Shown here: in pieces, positions 47,334-58,560 of the stretch | Layout: every line of letters starts with the position of its first letter | Position numbering within the stretch: position 1 is the stretch's first letter | Source of the DNA: Mustelus asterias | Taxonomy: Eukaryota | NCBI RefSeq assembly: GCF_964213995.1 | Contig: NC_135811.1 | Span: 48,422,001-48,486,000 of the forward strand | Length of the DNA stretch: 64,000 nucleotides | Direction: 5' to 3' | Notes under the pieces: model-generated | Database searches by the model: none | What the model was told of the DNA's origin: nothing | The model's input: the letters and a program-made list of their open reading frames with translations, nothing else | Position numbers and translations under genes: made by a program

Positions 47334-47944
47334 AGTGGTCTCTGTTCTCCAACAGTGCACAGACACAGAAATCAAGTTACAGAATACTAATTAGAATGCA
47401 AATCTCTACAGCCAGCCAGGTCTTAAAAGGTACAGATAATGTGGTTGGAGGGAACATTAAACACAGGTTAAAGAGATGTGTATTGTCTCCAGACAGAACA
47501 GCTGGTGAGATTATGCAAGACCAGGGGCAAGCTGTGGGGGTTACTGATAATGTGACATAAATCCAACATCCCGGTTTAGGCCGTCCTCATGTGTGCGGAA
47601 CTTGGCTATCAGTTTCTGCTCAGCGACTCTGCGCTGTCGTGTGTCGTGAAGTCGCTGAGCAGAAACTGATAGCCAAGTTCCACACACATGAGGACGGCCT
47701 AAACCGGGATGTTGGATTTATGTCACATTATCAGTAACCCCCACAGCTTGCCCCTGGTCTTGCATAATCTCACCAGCTGTTCTGTCTGGAGACAATACAC
47801 ATCTCTTTAACCTGTGTTTAATGTTCCCTCCAACCACATTATCTGTACCTTTTAAGACCTGGCTGGCTGTAGAGACTTGCATTCTAATTAGTATTCTGTA
47901 ACTTGATTTCTGTGTCTGTGCACTGTTGGAGAACAGAGACCACT

Positions 47945-47983
47945 CCATCTGACGAAGGAGCAGCACGCTCCGAAAGCTTATGG
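47945..47983 (+). ncRNA. Minimal hammerhead motif (right arm)
   Basis: CCAU-CUGACGA-A-GGAGC(agcac)GCUCC-GAAA-GC-UU-AUGG. Confidence 0.78.
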
Positions 47984-48189
47984 TATTTGCTACCAAATAA
48001 ACCTGTTGGACTTTAACCTGGTGTTGTGAGACTTCTTACTGTGCTTACCCCAGTCCAATGCCGGCATTTCCACATCGTTATTCTTTGGCACAGTGATCTT
48101 AGCCATACAGGCTGGCGTGATGGGGGATAAACAGAAGGTGGGTTGGTAAGATCCTTGTGTAGTGGCAGGCTTGGGTTGATGCAAACCTT

Positions 48190-48538
48190 AGAATCATAGA
48201 ATCCCTACAGTGCAGGAAAGGCCATTTGGCCCATCAAGCCTTCATGGACTCTCTGACAGAGAATCTTACCCAAGCTCTTTCCCCCGCCCTATCCCCGTAA
48301 TTCTAAACATTTCCTATGGCTAATCCATCTAACCTATACATCCTGGGACAATAAGGGGCAATTTAGCATGGTCAATCCAACAAACCTGCACGTCTTTGGA
48401 CTGTGGGAGGAAACCTGAAGGAAACCCACGCAGACACAGGGAGAACGTGCTAACTCCATGCAGACAGACATCCAAGGCTGAAATTGAACCTGGGTCCCTG
48501 GAGCTGTGAGGCATCAGTGCTAACCACTGTGCCACCAT
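48190..48538 (-). mobile_element. HE1 V-SINE
   Basis: Full-length, diverged copy. Confidence 0.85.
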
Positions 48539-48842
48539 GTTCTCCAGGATCTTTCCTACTGCAATCTCCCTCCTTACGTGAGGGGGTGGGATGTTGCCCA
48601 GGACTGGGAGACAGGGGAGTTGAGTTGAAAGGAAGGTCATTCCTATTCAAGCTGGACACGAGAGGAGAGGTGATGGAGAATAGCAACTTGTGATTAAAAC
48701 AACTGAAACAAAGATGAGGAAGAATCATGGCTACAGTTACAGAGAATGTCACTTACCTTTGATGAGGATTGAGACCTTATTGGATAAATTAGGATGTGAA
48801 GTTTGAGGAAAGAGAATAGGGAAGTACAGAGGCAATGGTAAC

Positions 48843-49063
48843 TGTAATGTCCTTTTAGTGGTTATGGGTTTCAAACAAAAAAGAAAAGTGGTTTGCACAT
48901 GTAGATTCAAACTAACAACAACCGGTTTATTGAGGGAGCTGTTGCCTTTACAGAGTTCAAACTGAAACTAAAAACAGGAGCCCCTGAAACACCTCAATGA
49001 CATCACCATCAAGTAATGCGACCTGCTCTTAAAGCAATCATGCAACTATTTAAATATATAACA
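48843..49063 (-). mobile_element. Candidate short solo LTR
   Basis: TGTAAT...ATAACA ends; flanks GTAAC/GTTAC; AATAAA on the minus strand. Confidence 0.5.
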
Positions 49064-49971
49064 GTTACAGACCTGGATAATACAAAATGGGAGAGAATTC
49101 CCACTTTGGGCACAGTCGGTGATTCTGGTGCACATTTTGCCCAAGATAGAGCTGACTCAACTTGTCCATGTCCTTTTGAAGTTCTACACTGTCTTCTTCA
49201 CAGTTTACAGTACTCCCAAGTTTTGTGTCATCCACAAACTTTGAAATTGTCCCCTGCACACCAATATTTAGATCATTAATATATATATATAAAAACAAGG
49301 GACCCAATACCGATCCCTGGGGATCACCAATATAAACCTTCCTCCAGCCCAAAAAATACCTATTGACTATTACTCTCTGCTTCCTATTATTAAGCCAATT
49401 TTGTATCCACGTTGCTACTGTCCCTTTTACTCTATGAGCTTTCGCTTTTCTCATGAGTCTGTTGTGCGGCACTTTATCAAATGTCTTTTGAAAGTCCATG
49501 TATCCCATATCAACTGCATCACCCTCATCAACCCTTTCTATTACATCATCAAAAAACTCCAGCATGTTAGTTAAACACAATTTCCTCTTTATAAATCCAC
49601 ATAGGCTCTTCCTAATGAACCCATATTTTTCCATGTGACTACTGATTTTATCCTGAATAATTGTTTCAAGAAGCTTGCCCACCACTGATGTGGAACTGGC
49701 TGGTTTGTAATTGCTGGGGCTATATATCTTTTTGAACACGGGCGTAACATTTGCAACTCTCCAGTCTTTTGGCATTTTCCTGCATCTAGAGAAGACTGCA
49801 GGATTTTGACCAGCACCCCTTCAATTTCCACTCTAACTTCCTTCAATATCCTTGGAAGCATCTCATCCGATCTCAGTGCTTTGTTAACTTTGAGTACTGA
49901 GAGGCTACTTAGCACTTCCACATCAATTTTGAACCTTTTTAGGGACAGAGTTTCCTTGTCTGTCGCCATGT

Positions 49972-51052
49972 CCGGGTGCTCCAGTTTCCTCCTGCACTCC
50001 AAAGATGCGCGGGTTAGGTTGATTGGCTATGCTGTTACGACGCAGAGGTTGTTCCCCTTTAAGACGTAACACCGAATCCCTCAAAGCGGAATACCTTGCC
50101 TCATAATCTGGTAAAAGTGCGTGGGAAGGTGTGAACTGTTCTTCAGTAACGTTTAGTGGGTAACTAACAGCAATATCCGACACTCACTTTAAAATGAACA
50201 CTTAACAATTTATTTATTTAACTAACAGGGAACTTTAACTAAACAAGTGACATATCGAATAAAATAAGATTCGACTGGAATTTAGTTCAAATAAATACAA
50301 CACTCATTCATTAACCAAAAATATAAGAATAGAATTCCGTCACTCTTTAAAAAATACAACCAGGTTTTATGGCTTTTGGAAACTTTTAGAGTCCTTCTGC
50401 GGATTCCCTCTGTCAGTGAGTTCCTTTTGATTTGGTACTGGTACGATGGTGCGTTCTCTCAAGAGATATATACAGCTGGCATGGTGGAGAGCTGCTCTCT
50501 CCCTCGCGACTTGAGAGGTGGCAGTTGCTAACCCCTGTTTTCCTCTTGCACTCTCTTTTATACCTGTGATGACCTATCAATTTTTCTACAACGGGATGAG
50601 TCTGATTTTCTTCGACATCATCAAATTCGAATTTTATAGGTTCTTGGTAGCTGAGTGCTTGCTTTAAATTGATTGGGCAAAATTCAAACATTCAAATGCC
50701 TCAAATTGCCCTGAAATACCAAGGCAGCCCTGTTGTCTGGCCTTTGATTTGGATACAAATGTTTCAGCTTGGACTTTGGATGTACTTTGCATTTTAAACC
50801 TCCAAGCACTGAAACAAAATACCAACTTTTAAAGGGACTGCGCAATGTTTTGTCCCTCTAGCATTTTCTTTACATTCTTTACATCTCTACAAACTCAACT
50901 TTGCCACAATGCTAAATTGCCCCTTAGTGTCAGGGGACAAGCAGGGTAAATATGTGGAGTTGCCGGGATCGGGCCTGGGTGGGGTTGTTTTTGCTTCAGG
51001 CTCGATGGGCTGAACGGCTTCCTTTTGCACTGTAGGGATTCTATGGTTCTAT
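49972..51052 (+). mobile_element. 5'-truncated HE1 SINE split by a solo LTR
   Basis: ...gattggctatgc | LTR | atgctaaattgcccc... Confidence 0.85.
50033..50908 (-). mobile_element. Solo LTR, 876 bp
   Basis: TGT...ACA ends; perfect 4-bp TSD ATGC (50029-50032 / 50909-50912); TATAAA and AATAAA on the minus strand. Confidence 0.85.
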
Positions 51053-52647
51053 ATCCTTGGTAGCATCTAGCTCCTTGATAAAGATGAATGAAAGTATTCA
51101 TTCATAACCTCAGCCATGCCCTCAGCCTCTGTGTAAAAAACCCCCTCTAGGCATCTAATCGGCCCTACTCCTCCTTTTACCACCCTTTTAATATTCTATG
51201 TCTATAGATGACTTTGGATATCACCCGTTACATTTGCTGCCGGCCTTTTCTCATCATCCCTCTGCTTCTCTATTGTGTTTCTTTTCACCTTCAATCTAAA
51301 CCTTCTGTATTCCTCTTGATTCTCAACTGTATTTTCTACCCGACACCTGTCATAAGCACACTTTCTTTCCCCCTTATCTTAAATTTCTATCTCCTTTTTG
51401 ATCCGGGGAGCTCTGGATTTGTTTGTCCGACATTTCCCTTTAAGGGAATACACCTGAACTGTGTCAAGCTCTAAGATGTTGCTTACGTCAACCGGATCAC
51501 ATGACAAAATGGGTGGGTCAGATGTGTGAAGAGTCCTCCTGCAGGCACCAGGCTGTTCAGATGTTGCTTATTCAACACATTCAAGAGACGCAAAGGTCAA
51601 TTAGCCTACTCATTTTCACCATATGGTTATACTGCCATTCAGTATCGCAGTGTTTCCCTGCACCTGATTGAGAGCTGACTGCTGCCATTGTAAAGGTTTT
51701 ACTGTGATTCTCACAGAATCCTGCGCACTTGGAGGTGAATGGCATGGATGGCACTTGTTGCTACTTGGTCTTCAGACCACCCTTTTGGTGAATGATAACA
51801 TGGCGGCTCCACTGTGGCAAGATTCGAGCCCCTCACATGCGCGTCAGTGAAAGTTGAAGTTCTCGCTTGTTGTCAATATGCACAGTAACATCATGAACCT
51901 CTCCTCCTTTATCCTGCAGACAATTGTAAAATCCAATTCTAGCTTTTATCCTGGATTCCTCTAGGGCTGTAACTAATGGCCTTTGGTGTGGAATTTTGCC
52001 AAATATTTGTGATTTAATGAGGTGATTCTAGTTTGATGCCATCTGGGAGAAAAAGTAATAGATATGATAAAGAAATAAATTCTGTGCAAAAGAACAGTCT
52101 GGCCTTCAGGAAGAAAAGGCCTACGCTATTACTGAAATGATGCATTTCCTCTCTCCCGACTCAAATCCATCAGTATCTTGCTCCCGTAAACTCTGTGTGA
52201 CTCTCGACTCTGAGACTCAGCAGGTTATTTCACAATGGGGAAAGCAGGTATTATAGTCAGTGCCATCCCTGTCCTTGTCCAACATTGACCTGTCCACAAT
52301 CTTCTGCAGGGATCCCAGGACGATAATCAAAAGCAGAAACCTGGCTATTATTTTCTCCTCTTCCCAATTGCAGCTCCCTGACTGAGATTAAAGATTGACC
52401 CAATGACGTTTGGTGAGCAGTATGGATCAGTATCACACTGGGAGAGGCATTTGCTCCCAACCTACATAGTCTTTAGGAAGTTGAGTTTTGATTTGGAGAT
52501 TGAGAACTGTGGTGAGTAAGGATACTGCCTCCCTCTTTCTGGGAATGAAGTTACAGGTTGCTGAGTGTAAGGGTCTGATGGGCAGATGGGTGCAAGTGAT
52601 CTCGATCCAGAGCGTGAGGGCCCGTGGCACAAAACTATTGATAATTC

Positions 52648-52748
52648 AGCTCTGACAAAGGGTCATCTAGACTTGAAATGTTGGCTCTATTCTCTCTCCA
52701 CAGATGCTGTCAGACATGCTGAGATTTTCCAGCACTTTTCTGTTTTAG
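52648..52748 (+). mobile_element. PLE-derived family 2
   Basis: agctctgacaaagggtcatctagacttgaaatgttggctct... Confidence 0.7.
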
Positions 52749-52814
52749 TACTGATAATTCTTCTCCTTTTCCATTCAGCTGGTTTGGGTTAAACAATGGC
52801 TTCACATTCTACAT

Positions 52815-53640
52815 ACATAAGCGAGTTGGTTTAGATTGAGAAAGTGTTATAAATCTGATTTTTGACACTGACCTGCCTTCATTACCCCGGTTTCTGGTTT
52901 TCATTGACAGGATCAAGGGCAGGAAGACATCTCACTCCGAGGAGGAGGAGTGCCACTGTAAATATGATCAGGAGGAGGCCTGCTTCATTGGTATGCATCC
53001 GTTTGAATTTAACTCTGGTTGGTGGGGCTTCCTGGCCCCAGAAATCCTGACAGCTAAAGCCCAGATGAGGATTATTGTCGGATCCAGGAAGTAAACGCCT
53101 TTCCACTCGCCTCCTGGAACTGACTGGACGTCCTCCTGCAATCGAGCACCCGTTCCCACCCGATCATTTTGATCTATCAAACATCCCCATGATGCCGTCA
53201 GTCACGGATCCCTTGTCGGCGCCTGACTATCCGACTTGAAGCCCCTACCCCTCTCCCTGCCGCCTCCTCTGAGCGCTCCCTACGGGCCTTGACCATTACC
53301 CCACATCCCCCTGACCTTCACTCGGCTGAGGCTTGTGACACCCCCTCATGGCCTCTGCAGCCTTTTCCTCCTGACTCCCTGGTTCCCCACACTGTCCCAC
53401 CTTGGATTGGACCTCCTCCACCTGAACTCCAAAATTGGATCCCAAATCCAGAGACCACCCCCCACCAAACACATACACACACACACTGGACCCCAAAAGC
53501 ACCTCTCCCCTCTCCTCAGGAAGCTGGGATCAAATCTCCCTCTCCCCAACCATGGAGCAGGCACCCTCCCCTGGACTTCCCTGTCTCGGCCTGTGGATCA
53601 GACTGGCTTCTGGGCAGGGAGTCCTGTCGGTGATATTACG
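52815..53640. repeat. Unclassified old repeat (homolog of 45930-46580)
   Basis: Same ordered anchors as the 45930 copy, on the opposite strand. Confidence 0.6.
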
Positions 53641-54272
53641 TGCACTTTAAGTTAAAACTCCTCTGCTTGCAGCAGGACTCTCACCACTGCGTTCCCCACA
53701 CTCTACTAATCCTCCCTATTCCTAGCAGACCTGGTAAGTTAAAATCCAAGCTAACCATTCAACAATGTCTGTCCACTGTCATCAAGACAAACTCTCCATT
53801 GAAAAGCATATATGTATCAGACCAATGACTGTGTTCTTCAGGAGAATTATCTGTCTGTCTGCAGTAGGTCAATTATCTTTAAACACTTGGGTCTGATTGC
53901 TTTTAATCTTGACTCAATTATTTTCCCCAGCGTATATTTAAAATTCTGCTCCTTAAAGAATTATCTTCAGCTTGAATTGAGGAGACTGTTTTTTTTCTAA
54001 CATCAGTGACACATAATTATCTTCCTGCACAATTCTAAATTGTTGTGAGGTCAAATCTTTTGCATCGGAATTCAAATGAGTATATAACAAAGTTGTTGTG
54101 TTTTGACTGGATCGGAATTTCCATAGTGGATGGAAAACTTTGCTGTGTTTACTTTAATAGACTGGGCTGCAAAAGCAAAATGCACCATCCATCAAAGCAC
54201 ACAGTGGAAGTGAATATTAAACAAATCATTACCTAGAACGTAGAGCTCAGAAACAGACCATTTGGCCCATTT

Positions 54273-54550
54273 GGGCGGCACAGTGGTTAGCACTGCTGCC
54301 TCACAGCAACAGGGAGCCAGGTTCGATTCTCGGCTTGGGTCACTGTCTGTGCAGACTGTACGTTCTCCCCATGTCTGCATGGGTTTCCTCCCACAGTCTG
54401 AAAGACGTGCTGGTTAGGTGCATTGGCCGTGCTAAATTCTCCCTCAGTGTACCCGAACAGGCGCCGGAGTGTGGTGACTAGGGGATTTTCACAGTAACTT
54501 GATTGCGGTGTTAATATAAGCCTACTTGTGACTAATAAATAAACTTTACC
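54273..54550 (+). mobile_element. HE1-like V-SINE, variant B tail
   Basis: Head, V domain and tail ...tacttgtgactaataaataaactttac. Confidence 0.88.
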
Positions 54551-54700
54551 TTTTTTAAAGTCTGTGCCAATGTTCAGGCTCTGCACAAGCCTGTTTTCAT
54601 CCAACCTCTTCTCGAGCCAGTACCATATCTTTCTAGTTATGGGGAACATGCGACACTTTTAAAATTTCCATGATTAAGCTGCTGAAATAACTTCAAACAT

Positions 54701-54805
54701 TGGTTGGAATTTTACTGGCATTGGGGCGGGCGAGGCTCACAGTACAGAAATCTCCCCGTTGGCCTCGGGCAGGATTGTCCGAGCGAGGTTGTAAAATCTC
54801 ACCCT
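54701..54805. mobile_element. Harbinger-like MITE
   Basis: ggttggaattttac...gtaaaatctcaccc. Confidence 0.55.
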
Positions 54806-55250
54806 AATAATGCTTGTGGAGTCAGTCTGAGAGTGGGGATGAAGTTAGGGAAGTGATTGCCTGCGTGAAATACTGAGGATTACTGGACATGTGACAATGT
54901 CTGATTTCAGCATGAATGCTTCAATATCCTGTTACTTCTTGTCTCCCATGTGCACAAGCTGGAAGGATGCCTATCGACAAGAAGCTGAAATGGAGCGAGG
55001 AAGGGCAAAGGTTGCATCTCGGTTTAATGAGAAATTCCTGGATGTGCAATAGGGCCCAGGAGGAAGGTTCTGTTTCCCAGTTAGAGGGAATAGGGCTTTC
55101 CCTAATGGTGAAAGTGTGGGCGGAGGTGCTTGTGGAGGGAAGCAGCAGGGAGTTGTGTTCAGGACATGGATTTAGTGCAGGAAGCATTTTAATGAACTGC
55201 TATGTCAGGCAAGGTGAAGATGGTTGTAGATTTACCTATATTCTGTAGTA

Positions 55251-56260
55251 CAGGGTTTCCCAAACTGTTCCACAGAACCCTGCAGTTTGGTTGGTCCCAG
55301 CCAAAGATTCCGCCGTAAGCCAGACGGATGTTTAACATTGGAAAAATGTTCTAAAGCTGCTCTTCCAATCAGAGGCTGGTTTCTTCTTGCATTGGCTGCT
55401 GATAGGCCCACTAGGGGAGGGGACCAAGGAGTGAGGGAGACACTGGGCCAGGGACCAGGATTGACAGTGGCCAAGGGTTGAGGGGTGTGTGTGTGTGTGA
55501 GAGAGAGGGAGGTTAAAGTGTGTGCATGTGAGAGTGTATTTGTGTATGTGTGTGAGAGAGAGATGAGGGGGCCGTGTAGGAGAGAGGGATGAGGGGGCCG
55601 CGTGCGAGAGAGGGATGAGGGGGCCGCGTGCAAGAGAGGGATGAGGGGGCCGTGTGTGAGAGAGGGATGAGTGTGGGTGTGTGCGAGAGAGGGAGAGTGT
55701 GGGTGTGTGCGAGAGAGGGATGAGTGTGGGTGTGTGTGAGAGAGGGAGAGTGGTGTGTGGGTGTGTGCGTGAGAATGATGAAGGTTAGATTGTGCCTGTG
55801 AGAGAGGGTGAGATGAGAGTGTGTGAAGAGATGATAGTGTGAGTGCCAATACACGTGTGCACATGCGTGAGAGAGACAGAGTGAGGTTACATTGTGCCTG
55901 TGGGTAAGAAAGAGAGTGAGGTGAGGGTGAGGTGAGAGTGTTCTGATATGAGAATCCAACTCTCCAGCAGCATTCCCAATATTCAACAATTCAGAGCAAG
56001 AAGCCCAGCATCACTGCTCCCATTAAAGATGACAGGCAGGTCAGTCTTTGTTTAATAAAATAACTTTTTCATTGTAATCAATGTATACATATAAGAAATA
56101 AAAAATACTTTTTTCAAATTGTTTTTGGATGTTTGTACCTATTACACTAAAACAATCATTTTTTTTGTGGTTTAACTCTTCAATATAACAATGTTTCTCA
56201 GGGTCAGTACTCTTGGGAGGTCAGAAGGATAGCGTGACTGGAAAAGTTTGGGAAACTCTG
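55251..56260. mobile_element. Non-autonomous hAT-like element containing a minisatellite
   Basis: TIR CAGGGTTTCCCAAACT / AGTTTGGGAAACTCTG (15 of 16 match); no TSD recognisable. Confidence 0.65.
55480..55940. repeat. GT/GA-rich microsatellite with a ~27-bp minisatellite
   Basis: gagagagggatgagggggccg(c/t)gtg units grading into gagagagggatgagtgtgggtgtgtg. Confidence 0.85.
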
Positions 56261-56550
56261 CTTTTGGGTTCCCTCACTCTGGATTGTCAAGCCATGCTCC
56301 ATTCACATTACTCACCATTCACTCGCTCTGCACTTCCTCAACTCCCCCTTTCCCCATCCAACAATCTCACTCATCCCAAAGATCCTTATGTGATGTGATG
56401 GCACCTCTGGATTCTCAACATATGACCTTAAAGAGAACTGTCGGCACATCCTCCGATACATGCCAGTACCCACTTGTGGGACATCCATTGAATGTGCACA
56501 TGCACCTTACTAACATTGGCCACTTTGGAGGAGAAAAGAGCACAAAAGAG

Positions 56551-56857
56551 AGTGGCATAGTGGTTAGCACGGCAGCCTCACAGCGCCAGGGACCCGGGTT
56601 CAATTCTGGCCTCAGGTGACTGTATGGAGTTTGCACATTCTCCCCGTGTCTGCGTGGGTTTCCTCCGGGTGGTCCGGTTTCCTCCCACAGTCCAAAGATG
56701 TGCGGGTTAGGTTGATTGGCCATGCTAAATTGCCCCTTAGTGTCGGGGGGTCTGCAGGGTAATACATGGGGTTACGGGAATGGGGGCTGGGTGGGATTGT
56801 TGTTGGTGCAGGCTCGATGGGCCAAATGGCCTCCTTCTGCACTTTAGGGATTCTATG
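56551..56857 (+). mobile_element. HE1 V-SINE
   Basis: Full-length copy. Confidence 0.9.
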
Positions 56858-57892
56858 AAAATCTTCGGGTGAAGGTGAGGATAGGAGATGGATCACTAAC
56901 CACACTGTGGAAGTGTCAATCGCAGGGCCGGAGGGATTGAGGATATGAAGCATGCCAGCATCCCTGAGCAATGGAGATGGTGAGACTCAGACTTGAGTGC
57001 TGCACAGTGACAGCATTAAATACCACCAGCCCACATCTTCATTCCAGCACCGAATGAAATATGATCACAGTAATGATGTGAATAGTTATAGCCCCCATGA
57101 CTAAATCCTCTCCATCTCTCCTCTCCTGCAGGGCCATCATGTGTGATGTGATGATGCCTCACCACAAGACACATGTGTGCAGCACCAGTGCACGTACCCG
57201 CATTTTGGTAGCTCCTGTTAGATGAGCTTTCCCTCGATTGATCGTACATCACAAGTGAATACGCGCAGAGAGTCGTGCTAGGGAAAGCTATGGAGAGCTC
57301 ATGTCAGAGGGCCCAGTACTCTGCGAGTTCTGCTTAACCGGACAGAGTTATGGAACCCAGTGTGTCTCTATGTAATGGAGAATGATAGAGGGTCAGCAAT
57401 AACTGGGTGCAGACGCACTGATCACATTGTTCCGGAGGATGGAGATCAACTCCAACATTTGCAGATTGATGTTGCAAGGCCCTGGTGAGGATCTCTTCCA
57501 TGGATGCAGTGTCCTCCTCGGTGGAAGTTGAACTGCAGCAGTTTCTGCCATTCTGATGAAGGCTGTGCAAACTGTGGACATCTCTGTCGAGAATGACAGA
57601 TACACTAGCTGTGGCCTTGCAAGGAGTTGCTGATTTGCCTCAAGTTGCCCTCCCACAGTGAAGTAGGGGAGGTGTGGCTGTTAGCCTTGGAGGCAGAGAA
57701 TGACAAAAGGGGACAAGGATGTGGGAATTCCATTTAAAAAGCACTCAGGTCTTGTGTGTAACCCCCCCCCCCCCCCCCCCTCGCCCCCAGTGATCTACCC
57801 TGTGTGAACACCTCAGAGCCCTACAGGTAAGTCTCACGCCAAATATTGTCACCAAACCATATCCTAGCGGGAACTGAGAAAACAGCCGTGAA

Positions 57893-58051
57893 CATAGAAT
57901 CATACAGTGCAGAAGGAGGCCATTCGGCCCATCCAGTCTGCACCCATTACAATCCCACCCAGGCCCATAATCCCATGCATTTACCCTGCTAATTCCCCTG
58001 ACACTAAGGGGCAATTTAGCATGGCCAATCCACCTAACCTGCACATCTTTG
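57893..58051 (-). mobile_element. HE1 3' half
   Basis: Tail and part of the body. Confidence 0.8.
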
Positions 58052-58225
58052 GAGATGAAGCTTTATCTGTACAGGCCACCTGACCTTTTAACCATTCCAA
58101 TAAAGAACAGCTCAATCTCAGCTCCATTTTGCCACCAAGTTTCTTGAAGCCGTACATGAGAGATTGATATCAAATTGCTGGGAAAATCTAATCAAGGTGT
58201 CGTGATTCAGCCAAAAGCCAGTTTC

Positions 58226-58560
58226 CGTAAGACATAGGAGCAGAATTAGGCCACTCGGCCCATCGAGTCTGCTCCGCCATTCAATCATGGCTGATATTTT
58301 TCTCATCCCCATTCTCCTGCCTTTCCCCCATAACCCCTGATCCCCTTATTAATCAAGAACCTATCTATCTCTGTCTTAAAGACACTCAATGACCTGGCCT
58401 CCACAGCCTTCTGCGGCAAAGAGTTCCACAGATTCACCACTCTCTGGCTGAAGAAATTCCTCCTCATCTCTGTTTTAAAGGATTGTCCCTTTCGCCTGAG
58501 GTTGTGCCCTCTGGTTCTAGTTTTTCCTACTAGTGGAAACATCCTCTCCACTCTATCCAG
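58226..58560 (-). mobile_element. CR1 3' fragment (same subfamily as 10749-11166)
   Basis: MRRNFFSQRVVNLWNSLP and tail. Confidence 0.9.

Larger units (their letters stand above)
47236..48076. mobile_element. PLE palindromic insertion: two inverted pLTRs plus a 34-nt tail
   Basis: Arms 47236-47628 and 47650-48042 (393 bp each), 21-nt spacer; encodes the GIY-YIG C-terminus VAEQKLIAKFHTHEDGLNRDVGFMSHYQ*; TSD GTTATTCTTTGG (47224-47235 / 48077-48088). Confidence 0.95.
49155..51475 (-). mobile_element. Degenerate CR1 ORF2 fragment split by a SINE and a solo LTR
   Basis: PKDWRVANVTPVFKK, MDFQKTFDKV, PQGSVLGP, FVDD; CR1 sequence resumes after ~51053. Confidence 0.85.

Noticed and set aside
47282-47996. 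Twin 92-aa ORFs on opposite strands
   Set aside because: Antisense readings of the two palindrome arms; the real coding remnant is the GIY-YIG C-terminus.
52911-52990. 80-nt exon-like segment with good splice signals (IKGRKTSHSEEEECHCKYDQEEACFI or SRAGRHLTPRRRSATVNMIRRRPASL)
   Set aside because: It lies inside the repeat that aligns with 46300-46540 on the opposite strand, and no protein family was recognised.
55232-55989. His/Thr/Ser-rich ORFs of 158-210 aa
   Set aside because: Translation of micro- and minisatellite.
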